Origin: an uncultured Pseudomonadota bacterium
GTDB taxonomy: Bacteria > Oederibacteriota > Muellerivitia > Muellerivitales > Muellerivitaceae
Direction: 5' to 3'
DNA length: 64,000 bases
Assembly: GCA_963770835.1 (NCBI GenBank)
Contig: CAVYRH010000008.1
Span: forward strand, 186,692 to 250,691
Below, piece by piece: positions 1-10,000 of the stretch. Positions within the stretch are counted from its first letter, which is position 1. The number at the start of each line of letters is the position of its first letter. The notes below the pieces were generated by a model. The model was not told the DNA's origin, did no database searches, and saw only the letters and a program-made list of their open reading frames with translations. Position numbers and translations under genes: made by a program.

Positions 1-396
1 AACCGGCCCCTGGAGGAATCCCTCCATGACGCTTTCTTCCGCCCCCGGATCGTCCCCGGTATCCTTTTTCCGGATTTCGATGATTTCCCGGACTCCATCC
101 ACCAAGAACCCCATCAAAAAGGGCCCGTCCCAACCTTGGGCCATAACGGTGACGATGCATTGGTCCGAAGGCCGTCCGGCCTTTCCCTGGCCCAAGCGCC
201 GCCTCAAATTCACGACCGGCACGGTCTTGCTCCGGAGTTTGAGGACCGAGTCTTCAGCGGCCTCCCCCCGGGACAAGGAATCCACCAAGGGGGACCCGAG
301 GATTTCCCGGACCTTCTGGATTTCCACCGCGTATTCCGTGCGGCCGATGAAAAAAGCGAGGAACCTTCCTTCAATATTTCCAATCATGGTTTTCAT
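1..396 (-). CDS. cheW: Chemotaxis coupling protein CheW (3' end runs off the window)
   Basis: Manual translation from ATG at 396: MKTMIGNIEGRFLAFFIGRTEYAVEIQKVREIL...LKLRSKTVPVVNLRRRLG...MGFLVDGVREII, a typical CheW pattern; downstream of cheA; not in ORF track because it is open at the edge. Confidence 0.85.
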   Translation of the reverse strand, partial: MKTMIGNIEGRFLAFFIGRTEYAVEIQKVREILGSPLVDSLSRGEAAEDSVLKLRSKTVPVVNLRRRLGQGKAGRPSDQCIVTVMAQGWDGPFLMGFLVDGVREIIEIRKKDTGDDPGAEESVMEGFLQGPV

Positions 397-408
397 CGTT
401 TCTTTCCC

Positions 409-963
409 CTACCTTTCCGGCAGGACCGTGGCGACTAGGACGCCGACGGTTTTCGACCCATCCACGACGGGGAAGGCGATCTCGACCGTTTGCGAGGAGC
501 CCATCGGAAAGGGCTGGTTCACGTAAACCTGGCCGGCGCCGTGGTTGAAGCAATTGGCGAAACAAGGATCTTCATCCTGGAGGAAATCATGGGGTTTGAA
601 GATCGTCCCCACGACCCGGCCCTGGGCGTCCAGGGTGAAGCAATCCACCAGCGATATTTCCTTGATGAAACCGGCCCACAAGGACTGGCTGGAGGGCTTC
701 TTCCGGTAGGCTTCGACAAGGTCGGAAAGCTCCGTGCTGCGGACCCACTGCTCCTGGATTTCCTGGACCTTGGCCCCATCGGTCAACCGGCGGTTCTGGT
801 CCTCGATGTCGGCCACCACGTCCTTCTCCTGGGCCAACTGCTGGATCAGCGCGAAAGTTTGCCTGGAGATCGACAACCCCTGGACCGCGGGTCCTTCGGC
901 CATCGCCCCCCCTTTTCCCAGCAAAAACATTGTCAAAATCAGTGGTAAAGCCGCCTTCTTCAT
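409..963 (-). CDS. Secreted/periplasmic PDC/Cache-like sensor-domain protein
   Basis: 184 aa with signal peptide; FTLDAQGRVVG and EIAFPVVDGSKTVGVL motifs resemble Cache/PDC domains. Confidence 0.55.
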   Translation of the reverse strand: MKKAALPLILTMFLLGKGGAMAEGPAVQGLSISRQTFALIQQLAQEKDVVADIEDQNRRLTDGAKVQEIQEQWVRSTELSDLVEAYRKKPSSQSLWAGFIKEISLVDCFTLDAQGRVVGTIFKPHDFLQDEDPCFANCFNHGAGQVYVNQPFPMGSSQTVEIAFPVVDGSKTVGVLVATVLPER

Positions 964-981
964 GCCATTTCTCCTTAAAAT

Positions 982-2988
982 TTAATTTCCGGCGGTGAGG
1001 GCCGGGCTGACCTGGCCCCCTTGGACAAGGGCGTTTAAGTCGAGGATGAATCCCACTTGTCCGTCGCCCAGGATGGCGCCGCCCGCCACGCCCGGGAGTC
1101 CCTGGAGGTGCTCCCCCAGGCCCTTCACCACCACCTGCTGCTTGCCCACTACCTCGTCCACGACCAGGCAGGCTTCCCTGTCCCCCACTTGCACATGCAC
1201 CACCACGGCTTGGTTTCCCTTGGCTGCGGCGCACCCGAACCACTCGGAGAGCTCCACCACCGGGATATGCCCGAAGGCGGTGGTGAGCCATCCCCGGGAC
1301 CCGGAGACCTGGTGGCTTTCCGTTTCTTTCAAGGCCAGAAACTGGCGGACATGGAAGGACGGAAGGATGTAACGGGAGGAACCGACCCGCACCACGATGC
1401 CGTCGATGAGGGCCATGGTGAGGGGGATGCGGAAGATAAAGGCGGTTCCCTGTCCCTCATGGCTTTCCACTTGGATGGAACCCTTGAGGGCCAATATTTT
1501 GCGTTTGACGGCGTCCAGCCCCACGCCCCGGCCCGAGACTTCGGTGACCTTGTCGGCGGTGGAAAACCCCGGCAGGAAAATGAGTTCGGTCAGGCGTTCG
1601 CGGGAAACCTCACCTTGGTTGAGGAAGCCCAGGGCGGTTCCTTTTTGGCGGAGTTTTTCGTAGGAAAGCCCCGCCCCGTCATCCTCCACCCGCAGGACGA
1701 AATCTCCGCCCTGGTGCCCGGCTTTCAAGGCTAAGCATGCCTCGGCGGGTTTTCCGGCCTTGGCCCGGCCCTCGGGGGTCTCGATGCCGTGGTCGACGGC
1801 GTTTCGAAGGAGATGGACGAGCGGGTCCACGAGTTCCTCGGTCATGCGCTTGTCCAACTCGGTCTCGCCGCCCTCCAGTTCCATCCTCAAAGGTTTGCCG
1901 GTCTTTTGGGAAAGGTCACGGGCCAGGCGGGACATGCGGTGGAAGAGGGGTTGGACCGGAACCATGCGAAGGGAAAGAACGATCTCCTGGAGCTGGCGCG
2001 AGATCTTGCCCAATCGGGAGGACTCGGCCGACAAGTGCCCCAGCACGCCCGCAGCCGCGATGCCTTCGGTGACCTGGGATTGGCAGATGGCCAATTCCCC
2101 CACCGTTTCCAGGAGCTGGTCCATTTTTTCCACGGCGATCCGGAGGAAATGGTCGGCCTGGCCTTGGGCTTCTTCCGTGGGGGAAGCCCCCGGGGTCTTG
2201 TGATCGCCGGTGCGGGCAAGGTTTGTTTTGTTTTCTTTTCCCGATAACTTGGCCACCAGGGCTTCCACGTCCACCAGGGGAAATTGGCCCGCCGAAAGCC
2301 CGGCGACGATGAGCCCAATCTGCTTTTTCACCAGGTCACCCGATTCCAGGAGGAGGTCGATTTCTTTTTCGGTGGGTTTGCCCTCGCCGTTTTTATAGGC
2401 TTCCAGGATGGCTTCCGCCTGGTGGGCCAGGTGGGCCAGGCCGGAGAGGCCCATGAAGCCGCAAATGCCCTTCAGGGTGTGGAAAGGCCGGTAAACTTTA
2501 AGGGGGTCCCAGGTTTCGCCCTGGATTAAGGACAAAAGGCCCGATTCGATGGCCTGCAGATGCTCCGGCGCCTCGGCCACGAAATCCTGGAATCCGCTCA
2601 GATCATCGGACAGGATGGTGAAAAGGCCGTTTTCGGAGGCTGTTTTTAAGGGGGTTTGGTTGGTTTCAACGCCGTTCCCGGGTGCGGCTTCCTCGGCCAG
2701 GATCCTTCCCATGTGATGCACAGCCTCCGCCATGGCTTGGGAAAGCCTTTGGCATACTTGTTCCACAGGGCGGCCCGACTGGAGGCCTTGGAGGACTTGA
2801 CGGGCCTGCGCGCCCAGCAGGCCCGTTGGATAGGACGGGAGACCGGCGGTGGCGGACAGCCAGGAGGAGAAGTCACCGGCCAAAGCCAGGACTTCCTCCC
2901 GGTTGTCCTCTCCGCAAAGGGCCATTCGGGCGCCCAATTGGGAGAGTTGCCGGTCCAGCTCTGTTGAATTCAAGCGGTCCTCACTCAT
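982..2988 (-). CDS. cheA: Chemotaxis histidine kinase CheA with an extra N-terminal helical domain
   Basis: Hpt YRPFHTLKG, dimerisation LRIAVEKMDQL, HATPase HLLRNAVDHGIE / DDGAG / GFST / SGRGVGLD, C-terminal CheW-like domain. Confidence 0.95.
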   Translation of the reverse strand: MSEDRLNSTELDRQLSQLGARMALCGEDNREEVLALAGDFSSWLSATAGLPSYPTGLLGAQARQVLQGLQSGRPVEQVCQRLSQAMAEAVHHMGRILAEEAAPGNGVETNQTPLKTASENGLFTILSDDLSGFQDFVAEAPEHLQAIESGLLSLIQGETWDPLKVYRPFHTLKGICGFMGLSGLAHLAHQAEAILEAYKNGEGKPTEKEIDLLLESGDLVKKQIGLIVAGLSAGQFPLVDVEALVAKLSGKENKTNLARTGDHKTPGASPTEEAQGQADHFLRIAVEKMDQLLETVGELAICQSQVTEGIAAAGVLGHLSAESSRLGKISRQLQEIVLSLRMVPVQPLFHRMSRLARDLSQKTGKPLRMELEGGETELDKRMTEELVDPLVHLLRNAVDHGIETPEGRAKAGKPAEACLALKAGHQGGDFVLRVEDDGAGLSYEKLRQKGTALGFLNQGEVSRERLTELIFLPGFSTADKVTEVSGRGVGLDAVKRKILALKGSIQVESHEGQGTAFIFRIPLTMALIDGIVVRVGSSRYILPSFHVRQFLALKETESHQVSGSRGWLTTAFGHIPVVELSEWFGCAAAKGNQAVVVHVQVGDREACLVVDEVVGKQQVVVKGLGEHLQGLPGVAGGAILGDGQVGFILDLNALVQGGQVSPALTAGN

Positions 2989-3511
2989 GGGGATTTCCCT
3001 GGGTGCGGCCGGGGGCGGAAGTTTTTTCCAACCAAAGGCGGACTTCCACCGGCATGTTTTCGACGAGAAGGGCCAAGGCGGCGTCGGGCTGGCCCTCGGG
3101 CCAGAGCGCCGGGTTGCTCAACTGGGGCAGGTAAGGGTCGAAGCTGCCCCCGGTGCAATTGCGGAGCACCGTCAGTAAATGGCCGAAATAGAGGTTCACG
3201 AATTCGCTGAAGGCGTCGGCGTGGGGGATGTCCTGGAGGGCCTTGTCTTCCCCGGAAACATTCTCCCAAAGGTATTGGCCGAATCCCTCGGGCGCGCGGA
3301 CCACCAGGAACCCTTCCACGGGCCCGGTGAAACCCACCATCCGTTCCAGGGGGAGGTGGGCGGGGCCTTCGACCGGCAAACCCATGAAGTCGCAGGGCAA
3401 AAAGGCCCATCTTTCCAGGACCGTTTGGAAAACCTCGAAGAGTTCCTGGTGATGGATCGCGGGAACGGCCAAGGAAGCGGGTGATCCGTTATTGGGGAAC
3501 GAGTTCGTCAT
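2981..3511 (-). CDS. CheX/CheC-like chemotaxis phosphatase family protein
   Basis: Start MTNSF at 3511 with GAGGAG RBS; VGFTGPVEGFLVV and DAFSEFVNLYFGHLL (E-x2-N motif); overlaps cheA start. Confidence 0.6.
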   Translation of the reverse strand: MTNSFPNNGSPASLAVPAIHHQELFEVFQTVLERWAFLPCDFMGLPVEGPAHLPLERMVGFTGPVEGFLVVRAPEGFGQYLWENVSGEDKALQDIPHADAFSEFVNLYFGHLLTVLRNCTGGSFDPYLPQLSNPALWPEGQPDAALALLVENMPVEVRLWLEKTSAPGRTQGNPHE

Positions 3512-3529
3512 TTTCTCCTCCGAATTGCA

Positions 3530-3694
3530 CAGGATGTTGAAAAACTTCTTAACCTTCAGGGTATTGCATATGGTTTTGCGCCCTGTAGCAGCCAAGGGCT
3601 TGGCACGAATCGCCTTTGAACCCTTTTGATTTTCAAAAGGGTTTTCGTGCCACAGATACAAAAAAGTCCACCCTTGGACTTTTTCAACAACCTG
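3530..3694. mobile_element. Small MITE-like element with IS-type terminal inverted repeats
   Basis: CAGGATGTTGAAAAA (3530-3544) vs TTTTTCAACAACCTG (3680-3694), 14/15 inverted match; no convincing ORF inside. Confidence 0.5.
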
Positions 3695-3698
3695 CTAA

Positions 3699-3715
3699 AG
3701 CAATCGGAATGCCAG
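3699..3715 (-). promoter_or_regulatory. Sigma-54 (-24/-12) promoter of the chemotaxis operon
   Basis: Minus strand CTGGCATTCCGATTGCT, exact GG-N10-GC spacing. Confidence 0.75.
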
Positions 3716-3776
3716 CTTTGTCACACTTAAAAACCTTGGAAAATCACCCTTTCTTTTTTTGTAACCCTCTTTTTAC

Positions 3777-3811
3777 TGCCCAAGTTCTTGGCAATGCCCA
3801 ATTATTGGGCA
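3777..3811. promoter_or_regulatory. Tandem palindromic enhancer (bEBP UAS) sites
   Basis: TGCCCAAGTTCTTGGCA (3777-3793) and TGCCCAATTATTGGGCA (3795-3811), about 64 bp upstream of the -24 element. Confidence 0.6.
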
Positions 3812-3817
3812 CAACGG

Positions 3818-3991
3818 CGGCCGGCAGTTCGCAGTCGACAGTCGGCAGTAATGTCTAAAAGGCCTTGCCGTGAACCAAGGCCTGACAATAGATTTTTAGT
3901 TTTTTATTTGGGTTTTACTGAGGACTGTTGACTGCCGACTGATTTTTCAGTTGGATTTTGCTGTCGATTGCGGATTGCCGGCCGTCGACTG
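3818..3991. repeat. Heptamer-based palindromic intergenic repeat
   Basis: CGGCCGGCAGTTCGCAGTCGACAG (3818-3841) pairs with 3961-3984 (21/24); additional GACTG-type heptamers at 3915-3941. Confidence 0.65.
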
Positions 3992-3996
3992 TTTTT

Positions 3997-4467
3997 TCAG
4001 TTGGGAATGAGATAGAGGAAATGAACCGGGGGGTTGCCTTCAGGGCGGAGAAGATCGGGAATCTCAACCATGTTCGAGGGAAGCTCGATTCCTCCCCGGA
4101 CGGTGTAATCCTGTAGGCCGGATTCGGCGGCTTCCGCCGCCTTCTCCAAGTCGATGACCTGGATAGGCAATCCGGGCTTGGCCAATTGGCGGCCAGCTTC
4201 TTCCAAAAGGTTGGAAAGCTTTTTCAAGCTTGTTTCGGACGGCTGTTGCGGGTCGACGTCGCCTATGACCTGCTCGACCCTCAAGGCGATCAGGTTCGAG
4301 GCGCAGGAAATCCACGGGCGGGCCCTTTCCAGCCAAACGGTGAAATCCTGGGCCAGTTTCCCAATTTTCCGCCAATGGGCGGCATTGGGCTCCTGGATAC
4401 GGCCCTTGAGGAATTCCAGCTGGCTTTCCAGCGCCTCAAGATGGATAGGCTTATTTTCGTGCTTCAT
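3997..4467 (-). CDS. Hypothetical protein homologous to the N-terminal domain of the neighbouring CheA
   Basis: Start MKHENK at 4467 with AAAGGAA RBS; ungapped similarity to about CheA residues 10-93. Confidence 0.65.
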   Translation of the reverse strand: MKHENKPIHLEALESQLEFLKGRIQEPNAAHWRKIGKLAQDFTVWLERARPWISCASNLIALRVEQVIGDVDPQQPSETSLKKLSNLLEEAGRQLAKPGLPIQVIDLEKAAEAAESGLQDYTVRGGIELPSNMVEIPDLLRPEGNPPVHFLYLIPN

Positions 4468-4535
4468 ACTGGTTCCTTTTCGGCTTTTAGCTTGCTTGTA
4501 AGAAGGAAATGCGTCGAAACCTTCCCTTAACAAAG

Positions 4536-4551
4536 GCAATTCAAGTGCCAA
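4536..4551 (-). promoter_or_regulatory. Sigma-54 (-24/-12) promoter
   Basis: Minus strand TTGGCACTTGAATTGC, consensus TGGCAC-N5-TTGC. Confidence 0.8.
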
Positions 4552-4611
4552 TAGGAAACCAAGAAAAAGCCTTTAAAACCTGGGATTTTTCCATCCGGAG
4601 AGCCGAAGAAC

Positions 4612-4646
4612 TGCGTAAAAATTGCGCACTGCTCAATTTTTGGGAA
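4612..4646. promoter_or_regulatory. Tandem palindromic enhancer (bEBP UAS) sites
   Basis: TGCGTAAAAATTGCGCA (4612-4628) and TGCTCAATTTTTGGGAA (4630-4646); same spacing and offset as 3777-3811. Confidence 0.55.
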
Positions 4647-4742
4647 ATCCGGAATCGCTCACGGCCTCAACCGTAAACAGTTGGTCGGGGGTCTAGGTGC
4701 GTCGCTTGTCACGCCTGCAATAAACCTTGATGAGGCAGGACC

Positions 4743-5597
4743 CTAGGTCGCCGCCACCAGCAGCGCCTCCGAACCCGGCCGAAGGCCATCGGCCCTGTCG
4801 GCGAAATAACGTTTCGCCAGGGTGGCCGACAACGTGGTCTGGACCTCCCTAAACCCGGCCTCGCGGGCCAGGGCCAGCATCTCTTCCGGGGTAAAGTAGC
4901 TGAGGAAAGGCGTCCCGCTGGCCTTTGCCCCCCGCGCCGCCGCCTCATATCCGGGTCGTTCCTCGGGTTCGGCCATTTCCATCGGCAGGATGAAGGTCAT
5001 GGCCAGCGTGGAGCCGGGGGCGAGGGCCGCGGCCGGGCGCAAGGTAGCCGTGACGGCGTCCTTCGTGAGATACATGCTGACCCCGGTGGAGGCGACGACG
5101 GCGGGCCTGCGGGCGTCAAAACCGGCGGCCTGGAGCCGCTCCAACCAGGAACCGCCTGCCTCGAAATCGACCGACACGAGCTTAAGCCACTCCGGGACGC
5201 CGAACCCTAGCTCGACCAGGCGCCGGCGCTTCCAGGCCTGGGGACCCGGACGGTCGACCTCAAGCAGCTTGAGGTTTGAGGCGATCTCCGGCCTACGTTG
5301 GGCGAAACTGTCCAGGCCGGCGCCGAGGAGAACGTACTGGGTAACGCCCTTGCCAGCCTGTTCCACCACCAGGTCCTCGATGAAGCGGGCGCGGGCCACG
5401 ATGGAGGCTCGGAAGAGCTTCGTGAAGTCCGGGTTCATATCCGGGCGGCCGCGCCAGCCTTCGTCGGGGGCGGCCAACTGGAGGCCGATTTCGTCCTCCA
5501 GTACGTGGGGAGAAGGGTCGACCTGGACGTGCAGGGCCCGCCACAAGGCGACTCTCACCGCCGTGCTGTCCGGTGCGACGCTTTTTTCGTCATTCAT
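4743..5597 (-). CDS. SAM-dependent methyltransferase, leucine-carboxyl methyltransferase-like
   Basis: ARARFIED, QYVLLGAGLDSFA, EVDRP, VDFE motifs; likely start MNDEK at 5597. Confidence 0.9.
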   Translation of the reverse strand: MNDEKSVAPDSTAVRVALWRALHVQVDPSPHVLEDEIGLQLAAPDEGWRGRPDMNPDFTKLFRASIVARARFIEDLVVEQAGKGVTQYVLLGAGLDSFAQRRPEIASNLKLLEVDRPGPQAWKRRRLVELGFGVPEWLKLVSVDFEAGGSWLERLQAAGFDARRPAVVASTGVSMYLTKDAVTATLRPAAALAPGSTLAMTFILPMEMAEPEERPGYEAAARGAKASGTPFLSYFTPEEMLALAREAGFREVQTTLSATLAKRYFADRADGLRPGSEALLVAAT

Positions 5598-5715
5598 GAC
5601 ATCCCCTTTCATATCGATGGGTTCTTCCTAAAACCAAAGACAAGTTCAGTCGGGTTTTCCATTCGGTTGGCGGTTGATTTTATCCGATGGCTTTGCGGAC
5701 GGCGGAGGACCGATT

Positions 5716-7065
5716 TTACGATTCCAGCCCGTACCGCTTGATCTTATTGAGGAGGGTGTTGCGGCTGATGCCCAGTTCCTTTGCGGCCAGGGATTTGTTG
5801 CCGGAAGTCCTTTGCAGGGCCTTGAGGATGTTCCGTTTTTCAGTTTCCACCATGGAAAGGTCGCTTCCGTTGTCCTTGGCCGAAGCCGGGGGAGTGGGTT
5901 CCAATATTTCCAAGGGAATGTCGTCCCGGATGATCTTGCTGCCTTCGGCGGTCAGGACCATGCGGTTGATGGCATTCTTCAATTCCCGGGTGTTTCCCGG
6001 CCAGGGATAAGCTTGGAGGACGGCCAATATCCCGGAATCGAGGGGTTCCAGCGTTTTCGCGAACGTTTTGCAGGCCTCCTTGAAGAAAAAATCGATGAGG
6101 CTTTTGACGTCGTTTGGCCTGTCCCTCAAGGGCATGATGGTAAGCGGAAAAACATTGAGCCGGTAGTATAAATCCGCCCTGAAATTGCCCTCTTTGACTT
6201 CTTTTTCCAGCTCTCGGTTGGTGGCCGAGATGATGCGGACATCCAGTTTGATTTCCTGCGTGCCCCCCAGCCGGCGCAGCGTCTTTTGTTCCAAAACCTT
6301 CAATAGCTTGGTTTGGATGGTCAGTGGAAGTTCCCCCACCTCGTCCAGGAAGACCGTCCCACCCTGGGCCGTCTCAAAAAGGCCCTTCTTTTGTTTTTTC
6401 GCGTCGGTAAAGGCTCCCGCCTCATACCCGAAAAGCTCCGACTCCAACAGGGTCTCCGGGAAGGCGCCACAATGCAGTTCCACGAAGGGCTTGGCCGACC
6501 GGGGCGAGAACAGGTGCATGAGCCGGGCCACGTGTTCCTTGCCGGTGCCCGTTTCCCCCAGGATAAGGACCGTCACGTTTTCCTGGGAGGCAACCTTTTC
6601 GATTTGTCCGTAAACCTTTCCCATCTCCGGGCTGGAAAGGAAGAGGTAATCCTTGGCGTAGCCTTCGCGGAGGGCGTTCTTGAGGTCAACCACTTGTTGA
6701 CGCAGGTTGAGGTTGTCGGTCACTTTTTCCAGGAGCAATTGCAGCTCATCAAGGTTGAGCGGTTTCGTGAGGTAGTCCTCCGCCCCCTTTCGCATGGCCT
6801 CCACGGCGTGTTTCACCGTTCCCGAGCCGGTGACCATGATAACGACCGCGGATGGATTCTTCGACTTGATCTGGCCGAGGATTTCCAATCCCAGGATGTC
6901 GGGAAGATGGACGTCCAGCAGCACGATGTCGGGATTGAACAGGGCCGCTTTTTCCCGCCCCTCCACGCCCGTGAAGGCGGTCTCCACCTGGTGGCCCAGG
7001 TCCCTCAAGAAGGAAGTCATGGTCTTGGCCAGGGATTTTTCATCGTCGATCACGAGGATTTTCAT
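5716..7065 (-). CDS. Sigma-54-dependent response regulator (NtrC/AtoC family)
   Basis: REC domain, Walker A GETGTGKE, ESELFG, GAFTDA, FLDEVGEL, YPWPGN, C-terminal Fis-type HTH. Confidence 0.95.
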   Translation of the reverse strand: MKILVIDDEKSLAKTMTSFLRDLGHQVETAFTGVEGREKAALFNPDIVLLDVHLPDILGLEILGQIKSKNPSAVVIMVTGSGTVKHAVEAMRKGAEDYLTKPLNLDELQLLLEKVTDNLNLRQQVVDLKNALREGYAKDYLFLSSPEMGKVYGQIEKVASQENVTVLILGETGTGKEHVARLMHLFSPRSAKPFVELHCGAFPETLLESELFGYEAGAFTDAKKQKKGLFETAQGGTVFLDEVGELPLTIQTKLLKVLEQKTLRRLGGTQEIKLDVRIISATNRELEKEVKEGNFRADLYYRLNVFPLTIMPLRDRPNDVKSLIDFFFKEACKTFAKTLEPLDSGILAVLQAYPWPGNTRELKNAINRMVLTAEGSKIIRDDIPLEILEPTPPASAKDNGSDLSMVETEKRNILKALQRTSGNKSLAAKELGISRNTLLNKIKRYGLES

Positions 7066-10000
7066 AAGAGAGATTCCTTTTCTATATGAAGTTCGATAAT
7101 AAAGGCGGCACCGTGGGGTTCCACCCGTTCCACGCGAACTTGGCCCTGGTGCTCCTCGGCGATTTTTTGACAGATGGCCAAACCCAAACCGGACCCCATT
7201 TTACGGGAAGTATAGAAAGGTTCAAACAAACGGGTCATCTCCTCGTCCGTAATTCCCTTGCCGTCGTCCTGCACCCGGAGGACCACCTTGTTTCCGGGGC
7301 TTTTGGCCCCCAGAAGCAGGTTTCCCCCCTCGGGCATGGCTTGGAAGGCATTAAGGATCAAATTGACCAGCACCCGTTCCATCCGGGTAGGGTGAATTTT
7401 CAAAGGAGGCATATCCTCCGCCACGTCGAGGATGACCTTCACCCGGGCATGGCTGGGCCCGAACTGGGTCTGCGCCAGCCAAAGGGCCTTTTGAAGAAGG
7501 TCTTTGGCGGGAACTTCGGTCCTTTCCTCGAATTTCTTTTCCGGGGAATAGTCCAACGTGTCGTGTACCAGGGTTTCCAGCCGGTCGCATTGCTGGAGGA
7601 TATCCTTGAGTTGTTCATAAGCCGTGCTATTGCCCTCCAGTTTCTTGAGCAGGTACTGGGCCTGGGCCGAAATGGCCGCCGTGGGGTTGCGGATCTCGTG
7701 GGCCATGCCCGCGGCCATTTCACCCAGCGTGGCCAACCTTTGGTACTTTTGTGCCTTCCGCTCCGCCTCCTTGAGGGCCGTTATATCAAGGAATATCGCC
7801 AGGACCACCCTTCTCCCCCGGTCGTTGAAAGGAACGCTGGTCACCAGGACGTCGATGAGGCTCCCATCCAGCCGCTTGAGCTTCCTTTCCGCCAGTTCGT
7901 TGACGGCGCCACTTTCCATGACGGCCATCAACCTCACCCGGACCTGTTCCCGGAACTTGTGGGGGACAACTACCCAGAAGGATTTCCCCAGTAGTTCCTC
8001 CTCGCTCCTCGCCCCGAACATCCTCACGGCCGAGGGATTGACGTAAAGGATGTTTTCCTCGTCGTGCACCATGACCGCGTCGGGCATGGATTCCACCAGG
8101 CTGCGGTACCGCTCTTGGCTTTCCCGTACCGCGTCCTCCGCCTGCTTGCGGGCCGTGATGTCCCTCAGGCTCACCATAATGGCGGGATTGCCCTCGAACT
8201 GGATAGTAATGGAAGCGGTTTCCGCCGGCAAGGTGGCCCCGTCCCGGCGCACTAGGTGAATCTCGGCGGGAAGGGTCAGTCTCCCCTCCGAAAGGGTTTG
8301 GACCCGCTCGACGACGGTCTTTTGATCGTCCGGGTGGACAATGGTCATATTCGGTTTCCCCAAAAGTTCTTCCGCTTCATCGTAACCCAGCAAGGCCAGA
8401 AGCTTGGGGTTGGCGTAGACGATTTTCCCGTCCCGGTTGACCAAAATGGCGTCCGGTGACTTTTCAATGAGATTCCGGAAATTTTCCTCCGAATGCCTAA
8501 GGGCATTCTCGGCTTTTTCCTGCTCGGTCACGTCCCGGAAAATGGTGACCACCCCTTTGATGGCCGGGTCGTCCACCAAGCTAACACCCGTATAATCCAC
8601 CGTGCGCCAGGAACCGTCCTTGTGCCGCAGCCGCGCCCGGTCCGAACCAACCGCGCCGGGCATTTGTGCGGCTTGGACCGCCCGGATCCTGCCGGGACGG
8701 TGGGCATCGTCCGGATGCATCAAGTCAATCATTTTCACTCCCATCAGGTCCCCGGGGGTATATCCCAAGACCCGTTCGACCGAGGGACTGATATAGGTGA
8801 CGGCCCCTTCGGAGTCCATCACCATCAATACGTCGTACAACTTGTCGATCAGGGACCGGAAATACCTCTCCCGGTGTTCCAGGGCCGTCTGGGCCTCGAC
8901 CCTCTCGGTGATATCCCGGAGGTTATAGATGATCCCCTGGACCGAAGGGTTTTCCAGGAGGTTGGTACCGGTAGACTCAACGATCCGCCAGGAACCGTCC
9001 TTGTGCCTGAGGCGGAATTCCACCGTCCAGGAAGCGCCGTTCTTCCCGCGGAGCTTGGCGAATTCTTCCTTAATGCGCTCCACGTCGTCCGGGTGCATGA
9101 TCTCGGCATAGCCCTGGCCGATCCTTTCCGAGGGTTCATAGCCCAAGACCCTTTTGACCGAGGGGCTGATATAGCTCATGACCCTATCTTTCCCGGTGAT
9201 CGAAATGACGTCGTAGGAGTTATCGATCAAGTTGCGGAATTTTTCCTCCGATTGGCGGAGGGTTTCCTCGGCCCTGACCTTTTCGGTGATGTCACGGAAA
9301 TTGATCAGTATCCCCTCCACATCGGGGTTTTGCAGGAGATTGGTGGCGGTGATCTCGCCGATCAGCCACTCGCCGCTTTTGTGGCGCAGCCGAAGTTGGG
9401 CGGTCAGCATTTTTCCGGGGTTTTTCCGAAGTTCCTCCAATAATCCCATTGCTTGCGGCAGGTCATCCGGGTGGACCACTTCCAACACGTTTCGTCCGGC
9501 CCTTTCCTCCATTTCGTAACCCGTGAGTCGTTTGTTAGCGGGGCTGATATAAACAGCCGTGCCGTCTTCCGCTACCAGGGTGATCCCCTCGTGGGAATGG
9601 TCCAGAATGGCGCGGAAACGCTCCTCGGATCGCCGAAGTGCTTCTTCGGCTTTTTTCCGTTCCGTCAAATCCCAAAAACTGGCGACCCGGAGTCTTCTTC
9701 CTTCAAAATCGAAATCCCTCCCATGGACTTCCACGGGCATGAGGGTTCCATTCTTGCGGCGCAGGTTAATTTCATACGGATCTTGCGGGTATCCCTTTTT
9801 CCGGAATTCATGGACCTTTTCGGCCGAGGCCTTGGTCAAGACGGCGGCACCGTCCGTACCCACCAGTTCGACAGCCCGGAAACCCGTCATCTCCGCTAAG
9901 GCTTGGTTGAGATCGACGACAATCCCGTTCTCGTGGATAAGAATGCCTTCCTTTGTGATTTCCGTGAACCGCTCAAACCTCTCCTGGCTGGCCTGCATAC

